Source of the DNA: Octopus sinensis
Taxonomy: Eukaryota
DNA length: 64,000 bases
NCBI RefSeq assembly: GCF_006345805.1
Contig: NC_042999.1
Coordinates: 79,236,001 to 79,300,000 of the forward strand
Direction of reading: 5' to 3'
The notes under the pieces: generated by a model
Databases searched by the model: none
Seen by the model: only the letters and a program-made list of their open reading frames with translations
Told to the model about the DNA's origin: nothing
Made by a program: the position numbers and the translations under genes
Part shown: positions 40,998 to 53,759 of the stretch, piece after piece
Layout of the letters: every line of letters begins with the position of its first letter
Numbering within the stretch: position 1 is the first letter of the stretch

Positions 40998-41205
40998 ATG
41001 GCTGTGGTTGTGTGGTAAGTAGCTTACCAACCACAAGTTTCCGGGTTCAATTCCACTCCGTGGCACCTTGGGCAAGTGTCTTCAACTGTAGCCTTGGGCC
41101 GACCAAAGTGGATTTGGTAGACGGAAACTGAAAGAAGCTCGTCATATATATATATTACATTTAAACGGTGGTGCCCCAGCATGGCCGCAGCATTCGGCTG
41201 AAACA
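40998..41205 (+). mobile_element. SINE B, internally deleted
   Basis: Head gctgtggttgtgtggtaag...gaaactgaaagaagctcgtc joined to ggtggtgccccagcatggccgcag. Confidence 0.85.
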
Positions 41206-41424
41206 TTTTAAAGGATTTTAAGGATTTATATGTATGTATATGTGTGTGTGTATGCGTATAGATATGTATGTATGTATGCATGTATGTATGTATGTATGTA
41301 TGTATGTATGTATGTATGTATGTATGTATGTATGTATGCATGTATGTATGTATGTAGAACTGCATTATCTCGTATTTCCATAGCAGCAAGCTAGCAGAAT
41401 CGTTTCTATTATATATCCTTTAGT

Positions 41425-41655
41425 CTTTTACTCTTTTACTTGTTTCAGTAATTTGATTGTGGCCATGCTGGAGCACCGCCTTTAGTTGAGCAAATCGACC
41501 CCAGGACTTATTCTTTGTAAGCCTAGTACTTATTCTATCGATCTCTTTTGCCGAACCGGTGAGGTACAGGGACGTAAACACACCAGCATCGGTTGTCAAG
41601 CGATGTTGGGGGGACAAATACAGACACGCAAACATATACACACACATATATACAT

Positions 41656-41686
<31 letters not shown>

Positions 41687-41687
41687 A

Positions 41688-41735
<48 letters not shown>

Positions 41736-41882
41736 GACGGGCTTCTTTCAGCTTCCGTCTACCAACCTACTCACAAGGCCCGAGGCAACCAAAGAAGACA
41801 CTTGACTAAGGTGCCACGTAGTAGGACTGAACCCGGAATCATGTAGTTCGTAAGCAAGCTACTTACCACACAGCCACTCCTA
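41425..41882 (-). mobile_element. Full SINE B
   Basis: Tail tttactcttttacttgtttcag through head cttaccacacagccactcc, with an internal (CA)n(TA)n tract. Confidence 0.9.
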
Positions 41883-42024
41883 CGCATTTGTTACATCTTG
41901 TGGCAGTGTCCCACCGTGGTCAATGTAAACCCCACCTGTTTTTGCTTTTGTGTGTTGTAACTCATCCTTTGAAATTGTACTCAATGTTTTGGGCCTTTGT
42001 GGCTAATAAGAAAAATCATTAAAT

Positions 42025-42246
42025 AAGGCAGTGAGCTGGCAGAATCATTTGCACGCAAGGCAAAAGGCTTAGCGCCATTTTGTACGTCTTTATGTTCTGA
42101 GTTTATATTCCGCCGAGTTCACTTTGCCTTTCATCTTTTCGGGGTCAATAAAATAAGTACCAGTGAAAAACATTAAGGTCAGTGTTATCGACTAGTCCCC
42201 CAAAACCAAATTTCATGCTTTGTGTCTTTAGTAGAAAAGATTATTA
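42025..42246 (+). mobile_element. SINE A monomer
   Basis: aaggcagtgagctggcagaatc...ctttgcctttcatcttttcggggtcaataaaataagtaccag...agtagaaaagattatta. Confidence 0.9.
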
Positions 42247-42416
42247 GAGTGATAGAAACACGTAGATTGATTTAAATGTCGTACTTACAATATTAGTTTC
42301 AATATTGAAAGACCTGACTTCAAATGTGACCAGAATCGATTTAGCCTGCTATTTAACCCTCTGCGAGATATCAATAAAAGTAGTAGCGAGCAAATTTTAT
42401 AGATCCTTAAGTACGT

Positions 42417-42474
<58 letters not shown>

Positions 42475-42721
42475 ATGTGTGTATGTGTGCGCGTGTGCAT
42501 GTGAGTGTGTGAAATTTCATAAGATTTGTGTATATCTTCGGTTTTATATCAGATCTTCAGACATATACGACTGTACAATAAAATGCATAATACACATAGG
42601 CATACAGATTAACATACATATCTAAATGCTGTAGTATATATTTCTCAAAGTAACACTTTCAACTCGTATATGTTTGTTACTTCTAGACTTCTTCCAATCC
42701 CATCTATCTATATTCATATTA

Positions 42722-42776
<55 letters not shown>

Positions 42777-43209
42777 AAAATAATACATATGTGTGTGTGT
42801 GTCTACTTATGCATCTTCATGTATGCACGCGTGTGTATGTAACTTATATATATATGTCTACGTACAGAAGTGATGGGAGTTTTACTCAAGTTTCATGAAT
42901 GAGACAAGACGAATCTATTAACACTTGAAGATTTGCTTTCTATAAAAGCCGTTAACCCAATTACTCGGATTTCTTAAAACATCTCAGAAATACGGTCTCA
43001 CGCCCTCTTCCACCCATCTCATTCCTGTTCCCTTGATCTGCTTCATTGCCTTGAGTGGTGCCCCCGTGATACAAAACAGATACCTATCCTGACTTCAGCG
43101 TTGCTTTCTTAATTGCTCTCTGTTTGGCTGTCTGTGCGTCTGTCTGTATTCTTGGCTATCAGTCTACGCATCTAATTATCTGCCTACAATTTATCTGTTG
43201 GCTTATTTC

Positions 43210-43289
<80 letters not shown>

Positions 43290-43477
43290 ATATCTATCTG
43301 CATGTCTGTCTATCTACTTACGTCTGTCTATCTATCTATCTTTCTCTCTCTGTCTCCCCCTCTCTCTTTATCTATATATATCAAACAATTCAATACTCTC
43401 TCTCCTTCTCCTCACCTCTTCCTCTCTTCCGGCAACTCTTCCTTTTCTGTTTCTAATTCATGCACTCTTTTGCACAC

Positions 43478-43540
<63 letters not shown>

Positions 43541-43542
<2 letters not shown>

Positions 43543-44019
43543 CTGATTGGAAGTGTGGAAGTGTTATCATGTACATTGCTTTGTCTTGGTATAAAAGGTG
43601 GGCTATAGCATATATTCTGCTCAATACTACAGATTTGCTAGTCAGTTGTTTGACCTTAATCTGTTGAATATGTCCATTAGTGGCTGATGATATGTGTATC
43701 TTGAGCAGAAGTAGTGGGGGAGCATCATAGCTATGTATTGCGGGGAGTTATTTGGAGTTTGGATAAGTATCCTTAAACAACCCTCATTCAGGGACCTTTT
43801 GAGCAGGATGGGCTACACAACCTGAAGAAACATCTAACTGGGCCCCACCTGCAAGGTCGTGCGCTGTTAATCTTAATATGAGATCACTATGTCGCACACA
43901 TATGGTTGTGATGCATGTGGCTAGTATACCCTTATCGGACGGGTAGTCATGATGAGTATACTGGGCTTCGTACATTTTACTCTAGTGTCACTTTGATGGT
44001 ATGCATTGCTCTCTCACTC

Positions 44020-44020
<1 letters not shown>
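43541..44020 (+). mobile_element. Family D element (inferred LINE 3'UTR, possibly Dong-like) between two (AAT)n arrays
   Basis: Ends ctctcactca-(ATA)n. (AAT)n at 43478-43540 and 44021-44108. Shares sequence with 38528-38826. Confidence 0.7.
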
Positions 44021-44093
<73 letters not shown>

Positions 44094-44252
44094 TAATAAT
44101 AATAATAACAACATTGTAAAATCAGATGAGACTAACAAAGAACCACAAATAAGTATGGGAGACTGAAAAAGATGGAGAGAAAAATGTGTCAGATCAGCCT
44201 ATATACTGCTATAAAAGTATCCATCAGTCTGTCGGTCTATCTATCTATCTAC

Positions 44253-44339
<87 letters not shown>

Positions 44340-45082
44340 CATACATATATATTGCATATATTTGAAAATAGATGTGTGTCTCTCTATATATACACCATTG
44401 AATATATACCTACACACACATACATCCCAAATTATATCCATACACAATACACACACGCATGTATAAATATTTGCATGCATACATACACATATATATAATC
44501 ATATATAGATATAAGATATATGAACATATATAATCATATATACATATATAAATTTATATACCAGCACACATACACACGCACGCACGCTATAAGATACAAA
44601 TGCTCACATAAGCACATATGCATATCAAGTGTGTTATCGGATAAAGTTCTATTAGCAGCCACGGCAAAGTGAAGAGCTAAGATATCAGACACAACCTATT
44701 ATAAATATACCCAATAGAATATCTAGGAGGACTGATGCTATTTTATCGTCTTATAAATCTCAACGAGAGCAATTTGGCTTGAATGCAGGAAATGAGACGA
44801 AATACACAAGAATCTACTGGATTCTACACGGATATTTAATTTCTTCAGATGCTCTTGTTTTTGTTGTTATTCAGGTATCATGTTTTCATTCTTAATGCTT
44901 TGTTGTTGTTGTTGTTGCTGTTGTTGTTGATGGTCCGAATTAAATGTGTTACTGTAATAGCTTCTGATAGACTGGATTCTATGGCAAGTTTAATTTGTAA
45001 TATGTACAGCTATGTCCTTTGCCTTACAAACAAAACGCCACGCGCGTGCGCACACACATAGACACACACACATGTGTGTGCA

Positions 45083-45212
<130 letters not shown>

Positions 45213-45446
45213 CACACATATTATATATATTTCACTTAAGCATTGCGATGTAGAACTCAATATGCGTATGCAAGTACGTATATACGTATGCGAGTGGTAA
45301 TAAGAAAAGAGAAACTGTAATGTGTTACTCAGGTACTCAACTATAAATCTACCACATCATATAGCAGAAACAGTTGTAAGCCAATAACATTCATATAATC
45401 GTTTATTCTTTCGTCATCTTTTCCTTCTATCTATCAATCAATCTTT

Positions 45447-45608
<162 letters not shown>

Positions 45609-45672
45609 GTCTGTCTGTCTGTCTGGTGTCTGTTTGTCTGTTTGTCTGTCTGTCGTGCGCGTATTCACGCGT

Positions 45673-45815
45673 GAGTAGCTGTGTGGTAAGTAGCTTGCTT
45701 ACGAACCACATGGTTCCGGGTTCAGTTCCACTGCGTGGCACCTTGTGCAAATGTCTTCTACTATAGCCTCGGGCCGACCAAAGCTTTGGTAGACGGAAAC
45801 TGAAAGAAGCCCTTC

Positions 45816-45876
<61 letters not shown>

Positions 45877-46108
45877 GTGTGTATGTGTGTGTATATGTTT
45901 GTGTGTCTATGTTTGTCGCCCCAAACATCGCTTGACAACCGATGCTGGTGTGTTTACATCCCCGTAACTTAGCGGTTCGGCAAAAGAGACGGATAGAATA
46001 AGTACTGGGCTTACAAAGAATAAGTCCTAGAATCGATTTGCTCGACTTAAGGCGGTGCTCCAGCATTGCCACAGTCACATGACTGAAACAAGTAAAAGAG
46101 TAAAAGAG
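45673..46108 (+). mobile_element. Full SINE B
   Basis: gtagctgtgtggtaagtagc through gactgaaacaagtaaaagagtaaaagag. Confidence 0.9.
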
Positions 46109-46144
46109 ATATAGATACATATGCGTTTTTGTTTGAGTGTGAAT

Positions 46145-46420
46145 ACGTCGTCTGGAGCTCGGAGAGAGGTACACAAATCGTAGTTTCGCACCCTGGAACG
46201 CTAGTACATTGTGTCCTTGATTGAGGTACTCTGTTTCACGTTGCTTCAGTCTGCTCAACTGAAAATGGGTACCAGCTGCGTAATGGTGCAGCACTTTTTT
46301 CTTCCAGCTCTTGCACCATGAATGATCCATTGTGTCAAAGATGCGAGAGGTGAAAGGGTGTCTGTGACTTATTGGCACGGAAAGCAATTATTGAGAGCAC
46401 GGTATACTTGTACACATCTA
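46145..46420 (+). mobile_element. CORE-SINE family F
   Basis: tgtgtccttga...tttcacgttgcttcagtctgctcaactgaaaatgggtaccag resembles the MIR/CORE domain. Confidence 0.6.
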
Positions 46421-46639
46421 CATACGTATTTCTGTAAGTGTTTCTCTTATAAATAAACCAAAAGGCTCTAAATCCATAATGTGGAGCTTATATTTGTTGA
46501 AAATTACACAGATGATTTATTTCTTTGTTATTTGATACTAGATGTTTTTAAGCGTAAAATATTGCGTTGCCAATCGTAAATCTACATATGTGCAAATAAT
46601 TCCAAATGGGACATTGTAGTGAATCACACATTGATTCTC

Positions 46640-46673
<34 letters not shown>

Positions 46674-47093
46674 TTAAGAGACAGATTGTGTGTGCTAAGA
46701 GAAAGATTGCTGCGCTGAGAGAAACAAGAAGAAAGCAATAAGATGTTAGACAACTTTGATTTGTTTTATATAACCACCAAAATGTTAAATTGTCAACTGG
46801 GTTCTTACATCGTCAGCAAGCTACATGTTCTCCTCGTAGTGGATTAAATGAAATCTAATAGTTGGCTAGAACTTAATTTATCGTTGTAAGAATCTGAAAA
46901 GACGAAATTTGGAGGAAAATTTATTGAGAACATCACAAGACGTTCATTAACAATGGTCAGCAATCGCTACTTCGCGGACTTTATTTGGCCGTAATTAATG
47001 ATTTCTTATCAAAGTAAGGTGTCTTAAAGTTTGGATTATAGTATAATGCTTAGACCGATTCCTATATCTAAACGGTGCCAATAGTTGCCATCT

Positions 47094-47750
47094 CTAAGGC
47101 AGTTAGCTGTCAGAATAGGTAATACACAAGTAGCGACGTTTCGTCCGCCTCTACGTTTTGAGTTCAAATTCCGCCGAGGTCGACTTTGCATTTCATGCTT
47201 TCGGCGTTGATAAAGTAAGTACCAGTTGAAAACTGGGATCGATTACAGCCTCTCACCCAAACTTGTTGACTTTGTGCCAAACTTTGAAACCAATATATGC
47301 CAACTCAAATCGACGAGTTGGCAGAATCGTTAGCACGCCGGGCAAAATGGTTTGCAGCATTTCGTCTGTCTTTACGTCCTGCGTTCAAATTCCACCAAGG
47401 TTGTCATTTCCGTTCATCCTTCTGGGGTCAATAAAACAAGTGTCAGTTGAACCCTGGGGTCGATGTAATCAACTATCCATTTGTCTCTCCATTTATGTAT
47501 CCAACTATCTATCTAGCCAGCCAACTTTCCACCTATCTATATATTTCCATCTACCTATCTATCCACTTCTTCCTTAACTACTTCCCTCCCTCCTTCGCTC
47601 TCTCCCTCTCCACACTTTCTCACTCCCTCACTGTCTCTCTTCCTACCAGTCTACTTACCCAGTGCCAGTTGAACACTGGGGTCGTTGTTATCAACTATCC
47701 ACCTCCCCCGAAATTATTGGTCTTGTGCCAAAATTTGAAACCATTATACA
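47094..47750 (+). mobile_element. Two head-to-tail SINE A copies; the second is split by a 181-bp insertion
   Basis: Copy 1 at 47094-47295. Copy 2 at 47308-47479, resuming at 47661-47750. Confidence 0.85.
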
Positions 47751-47835
47751 CGAGGATTTCCAGTTTAACCATAAGGTCACAAATTCATTCGTAGTATGGG
47801 AATCAGAGCCCTGGCAGCAAGCAGTATTTAAACTT

Positions 47836-48076
47836 CTTCTTCTTAATCCTTTTTGCCCCATGTGGAGCATAAGGCCTCAACAGTTGTTTTCCACTCTTTG
47901 CAGTCTTTGGCGTGTTTCTTGGCTGCTTCCCATGTCAGGCCGGTGGTCCTGAGCTCATCCAAAATGCTCCGCTTCCATGTCTGCTTCGGGCGTCCTCGCT
48001 TTCTTTTCCCTTGCGGGTGCCAGTCAAGTGTTTGTCGTGTCATATTTGAGGGTTCTTTCCGCAGTGTGTGTCCGAA
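47836..48076 (-). mobile_element. 5'-truncated RTE-clade LINE 3' end with (GAA)n tail and perfect 11-bp TSD
   Basis: FGHTLRKEPSNMTRQTLDWHPQGKRKRGRPKQTWKR..LTW..WKTTVEALCS, stop, then gaagaagaag. TSD tatttaaactt at 47825-47835 and 48077-48087. Confidence 0.92.
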
Positions 48077-48202
48077 TATTTAAACTTAGATCGTGGCAAA
48101 ATAGCACAGGGTATTTAGCCCGACATCCTACCAAATCTACCATTCCGCTGCCCTCACTAATAAAGGACGACAGAGACTCGCGTGCGCAAATACACACATA
48201 CA

Positions 48203-48282
<80 letters not shown>

Positions 48283-48557
48283 GATTCAAACATACATATG
48301 AGCAGAAAATTATGAAGAATACAGTGGGCGTACTTTTGTTTATATATAATTCTGTTATTCAAACAACCGGCTGTACTTGGATTTCTTTATAATGGGGAAG
48401 AGAACAATCTAAAGAGATCTGGCTGATACATACATACATGCATACATGCATACGCACATACATACATGCATACGTATTCATACACACACATATATGTATG
48501 CATGTATATGTAAATGCATCTATATCTATACGTATATATATTACTGTGTACAATATT

Positions 48558-48588
<31 letters not shown>

Positions 48589-48789
48589 CTCACACAGACA
48601 CAAATACACACACACAAATATACACATACAGATATACACACGTGCTATAAATATGCGTATGTATATACGCATGCATGAAATTCATATATACATGAACACA
48701 AAAATTATATAACAACTTCGATTACAAAAACTATATATACTTCAGATTTTACTGCTGCTGCAGCTACAACAACAGCAACAACAACAAAA

Positions 48790-48850
<61 letters not shown>

Positions 48851-49433
48851 ATAATAATAATAATAATAATAATTGAGATATTGCGAGGCTTGATTCATAC
48901 CACAGGTAAATAATTAAACATAAATTAAAAAACGAAACCATGCTGTGTATATATGATATATATAGTAATCTTATACGTCTGAAGACCCAGAGAAACACTT
49001 ATACACAGAGGCACACACACGTATACGCTTATTTTTATGTTTGTGCGCATGCATATGTATGTGTTTCTCAGGGACTACGAATGTATAGAAATATACATAC
49101 ATACATATATACATACATACATAGATAGATACATACATACATACATACACGCACACACACAAACACACACACACACACATATATATACATACACATACAT
49201 ACATTCACACACATACTAATATATACATATATATTAGTATATTTATATGTTAGTACGCACCTCCGTACGTATGCACATATATGCATGATTATATAAATCT
49301 TTGTATAACTAAGTTTGAATACAAACACACACATAGTTTTACACATATACACTCACATACGTACATATATGTGTGTATATCAAACGCATGTATATAGTGT
49401 GTGTGTGTGTGTGTGTGTGTGTTTGTATATAAC

Positions 49434-49740
49434 GATAAACGTCGCCCTTTTCAAGCCTAGCTAGGCTCATGGGCCCGGTTTCCCGGTTTCTGTGACGTAT
49501 GTGTTCCCCCCAGCTAGACGGGACGCCAGTCCATCGCAGCGTTACTCAAGAAACATGAAGAGAGAGTGAGAGAAAGTTGTGGCGAAAGAATACAACAGAG
49601 GTCACCACCACCCCCTGCCGGAGCCTTGTGGAGCTTTTAGATGTTTTCGTTCAATAAACACATACAACTCCCGGTCTGGGAATTGAAACCGCGATCCTCC
49701 GACCGCGAGTCCGCATTGCTAACCACTGGGCCATTGCGCC
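49434..49740 (-). mobile_element. Full SINE family C
   Basis: ggcgcaatggcccagtggttag (A box), ggtttcaattccc (B-box-like), 3' part gcgatggactggcgtcccgtctagc...agaaaccggg. Confidence 0.88.
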
Positions 49741-49741
49741 T

Positions 49742-49778
<37 letters not shown>

Positions 49779-50272
49779 CTTGTATATAAAACATACATTT
49801 GCATATATATGCAAAAGTAAGCACATCAAAGTGTGAGTGCATGTGCGTATAGATGTGTGTATGTGTGTGTGCGTGTGTTTGAATATGAGAGACTTGCGAG
49901 TGTGTGCAACAGAAATGTGTGCAACAGAAATGCAGAATCTAAAATGGCGGTTGATATGTTACGTATGCATACATATTCAATAACAATAAGAAGTGAAAAT
50001 TGAAATGGGTGTGAACAGAATAATTCTGTCTGTCAGTTATTGTCGGTCTAATATTATATTGTAACATAAATAATTAGAAATCACGTGATAGGGAAACACG
50101 GGCACGTGATGGCATAGTATACCACTACACTTTCAGGTTTTGTCCGTAAATATGTGCATAGATATATAATGAATATATATTACGTGTGTATACGTATATG
50201 TCATATATGCATACATACATACTGACATACATGCATATATATATGTGTATATACATATATGTACGTATGTAT

Positions 50273-50332
<60 letters not shown>

Positions 50333-50652
50333 ATACATACGTACATATATGTATATACACACTCGTACCTGTATATCTGTACGTATGCATACGCAGTTAT
50401 ACAAATAAATATATGTGTATATATACACAAACACGCACACACATTCATATACACATATATCCATTTGCTTCTCCATTTATGCATCCATCCAGCCAGCCAG
50501 CAAGCCAGCCATCTTTCCATCTATCTATAATATTTCCATCTACTTATCTACCCACATACGTTCTTAGCTTCCTCTTCAACTACTTGCCTCTCTCCTTCAC
50601 TTCCTCACTCCTTCACTATCTCTCTTCCTCCCAGTCTACTTACCTACCTACA

Positions 50653-50758
<106 letters not shown>

Positions 50759-50789
50759 CCTATCTATCTATCTACGTATTTTACATTTA

Positions 50790-51080
50790 TAAACTTGCTT
50801 TTACTCAAGATCCATCGTATAACTTTACACTTTGCTTGGGAAAAGAAATCTCCGATTTCGATGAACGTTACAAGAGATTTCCGGTCTTATCTTTAGGATC
50901 AAGTGATTTTAGTGCCGATAATTATCGATGTTTTCTTTTTGGCGATAATTCATTGGAATTGTGTGTGTCTGTTTCTCATTTGTTATCAAATGTCTATAAT
51001 TATTTTGACGGTGCACGTCAGGTTTTCTTGCTAAACCGGAAATATTTTGGAAAATGGCGTCTACTGCTTGCTTGCTCTTA
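50790..51080. promoter_or_regulatory. Candidate CpG-rich promoter-like island
   Basis: ETS-like atttccgg (50877) and ccggaaat (51036), YY1/Kozak-like aaaatggcg (51051), tgacggtgcacgtca (51006), DRE-like tatcgat (50923). Many CpGs in AT-rich unique sequence. Confidence 0.25.
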
Positions 51081-51231
51081 ACTTGCACTATTATATATCG
51101 AAATATGGTACTATTTTTTTCTTGTTATTAATAAAACTGATTTTATTAATTTCTAACAAATTACTTTTTTTTTGTTTGTAAATTTATTGTTAAAAATGTT
51201 TAATTTTTTACGTCTATTTTTTATCTTCACC

Positions 51232-51630
51232 TTTACTTCTTTCTGTCATTTGACTGCGGCCATTCTGGGGCACTGCATTGAAGAATTTTTAATCGAATGC
51301 ATTGACCTCAGTACTTACATCTTTATAAACCTGGTATTTATTCTATCGGTCTCTTTCGCCGAACCGCTAAGTTACGGGGACGTAAACACAAGAGCGCCTG
51401 TTGTCAAGCGGTGGTGAGGCGACAAACACAAACAGAAAAATACACACACACACACACACATAAATATACGACGGGATTCTTTCAGTTTCCCTTTACCAAA
51501 TCCACTCACAAAGCTTTGGTCAGCCCGAAGCCATAGTAGAAGACACTTGCACAATCTGCCACGCAGTGGGACTGATCCCGTAACCATATGGCTGGGAAGC
51601 AAACTTCTTACCACACAGCCAAGCCTCCGC
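51232..51630 (-). mobile_element. SINE B, diverged subfamily
   Basis: ttctgtcatttgactgcggcc...gccgaaccgctaagttacgggg...cttaccacacagcc. Confidence 0.88.
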
Positions 51631-51753
51631 CTTAATCTATGTTTATAAAATATCTATATTTTATAGGCTTTTAATTTATATCTTATAACAAGAGAATATT
51701 ATTCAAACATCTTGTAGTCTTGGTAGACAAGAAATCTATGAGATAATATCCAA

Positions 51754-51919
51754 CATATCCGGTAAGTTCACCGTCATCAGTTCACTGTTTTTTTTTCTTT
51801 CAATAAAATTGTTTTTAACTATATATGATGAGCTGCCATGGATGCATTTCCTCGATAAACTTTCCCCCGCGGTGAACTTTCTCCACGGTGAATTGATGGC
51901 GGTGAATTTACCTGTAATC
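51754..51919. mobile_element. 166-bp MITE with 9-bp TSD (Mutator-like)
   Basis: Imperfect TIRs c(c/a)ggtaa(g/a)ttcaccg(t/c)catca(g/a)ttcac(t/c)g. Exact aatatccaa at 51745-51753 and 51920-51928. Confidence 0.7.
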
Positions 51920-51957
51920 AATATCCAAAGACGTTAAAGTCAAGATGGAATGGATAT

Positions 51958-52371
51958 ACTCTTTTACTCTTTTACTCTTTTACTTGTTTCAGTCATTTGA
52001 CTGCGGCCATGCTGGAGCACCGCCTTTAATCGAGCAACTCGACTCCGGGACTTATTCTTTTGTAAGCCCAGTACTTATTCTATCGGTCTCTTTTTGCCGA
52101 ACCGCTAAGTGACGGGGACATAAACACACCAGCATCGGTTGTCAAGCAATGCTAGGGGGACAAACACAGACACACAAACATACACACACATATATATATA
52201 CATATATACGACAGGCTTCTTTCAGTTTCCGTCTACCAAATCCACTCACAAGGCTTTGGTCGGCCCGAGGCTATAGCAGAAGATACTTGCCCAAGATGCC
52301 ACGCAGTGGGACTGAACCCGGAACCATGTGGTTGGTAAGCAAGCTACTTACCACACAGCCACTCCTGCGCC
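51958..52371 (-). mobile_element. Full SINE B, apparently the least diverged copy in the window
   Basis: ggcgcaggagtggctgtgtggtaag...ggttcagtccc...ggcatcttgggcaagtatctt...(gagtaaaa)n tail. Confidence 0.95.
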
Positions 52372-52819
52372 TATAAGAGGATTCTCACAAAACAACAACA
52401 ATAACAACATAAGCAACAAGAGCAAGTAAAATGAATGTAACACAAAATATGTACAAGAAACAAAGGCAGTCCAACAAACAAGTCAAACCGAGAAGCGGAA
52501 GCGAAATACGCAATCACCATGGAGCTAAATTAACTCGTCAGTATTCAAAGCAGGCAAAACTTAATAACCTTATCAACAATAACAACGCCAATACATACGT
52601 AGCCATACAATACAACCACTGTAGACATAACCACAGTCAAGAAGCCACAGTCTACCACATCATAACCAAACTTCTCCACTCACAGGAACACTTTACCGTG
52701 GATTATAGTAGCAAAACTTCCACCACGACGTCTGAAAAGACATAGCTTATTCTAGCCAGACGCCATCGTTATTATAAATGCATCGTTTTCGTAATGATTC
52801 TTGTCTATCTGTCTGTCGC

Positions 52820-53246
52820 TATGTATGTTATGTACGTATGTATGTATCTATGTATGTGTGTATGTATGTATGTATGAGAGTGTGTATGTCTGTATGCATG
52901 TATGTGTCTTCTATTTTTTAATAATCATAAATCTTCCACCGAAGCGGGAGCCGGTTTCCAACAGATACAAGTCTCCATCTTTGGGATGTATGTAAGTATG
53001 TATGTATGTATGTATGTATGTATGTATGTATGTATGTATGTATGTATGTGTATGTATGTATGTATGCATGTATGTGTCTATGTATATATGTATGTATGCA
53101 TGTATGTGTGTATATTTGTATGTATATGTGTGTATGTATGTATGAGTGTGTATTTGCATGTATGTATGAATGTATGTCTGTATGTATATATGCATGTATG
53201 TGTACGTATGTATGTATGTATGTATGTATGTATGTATGTATGTATG

Positions 53247-53279
<33 letters not shown>

Positions 53280-53345
53280 GTGTGTGTTTTTGAGTATGTA
53301 TGTGTGTGTGTATGAATGTATGTCTGTATGTATATATATGTATGT
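52820..53345. repeat. (TATG)n / (TG)n degenerate array
   Basis: Direct inspection. Confidence 0.9.
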
Positions 53346-53629
53346 ATGCTTTTCGGTGTGTCTCTGAGACCTGGTCCTCATTACTATTACTCTTACCCTA
53401 ATCTTTCCTCTCCTCCCCCTTTCTCTCGTTCTCATTTACTTTCATTTACTTTCATTCTCATCTTCATTCGTCGCATTCACTGTCTTCTTCTCTTCCCTTA
53501 CTCCCGTCCTCGCGCCTCACTTTTCTTGTATATTAGATATGTGTGGGAATAAAATATGATGTATATATAAAACATTGCTTCTCGCTTAGATTTTATTCCC
53601 GGAATTTGTCTATTCTCGACTGCCATCAT

Positions 53630-53727
53630 CTTCTCCTCCATCGTCGCCACTGCCACCGTCACCATCACCACTGCCACCACCACCATCATCGTGAACATCA
53701 TCATCATCATCATCATCATCATCTTCA

Positions 53728-53759
<32 letters not shown>

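Noticed and set aside
52431-52745. 104-aa ATG-initiated ORF (MNVTQNMYKK...)
   Set aside because: It lies on a T-poor, CAA-rich strand where stops are rare, and it has no recognisable homology
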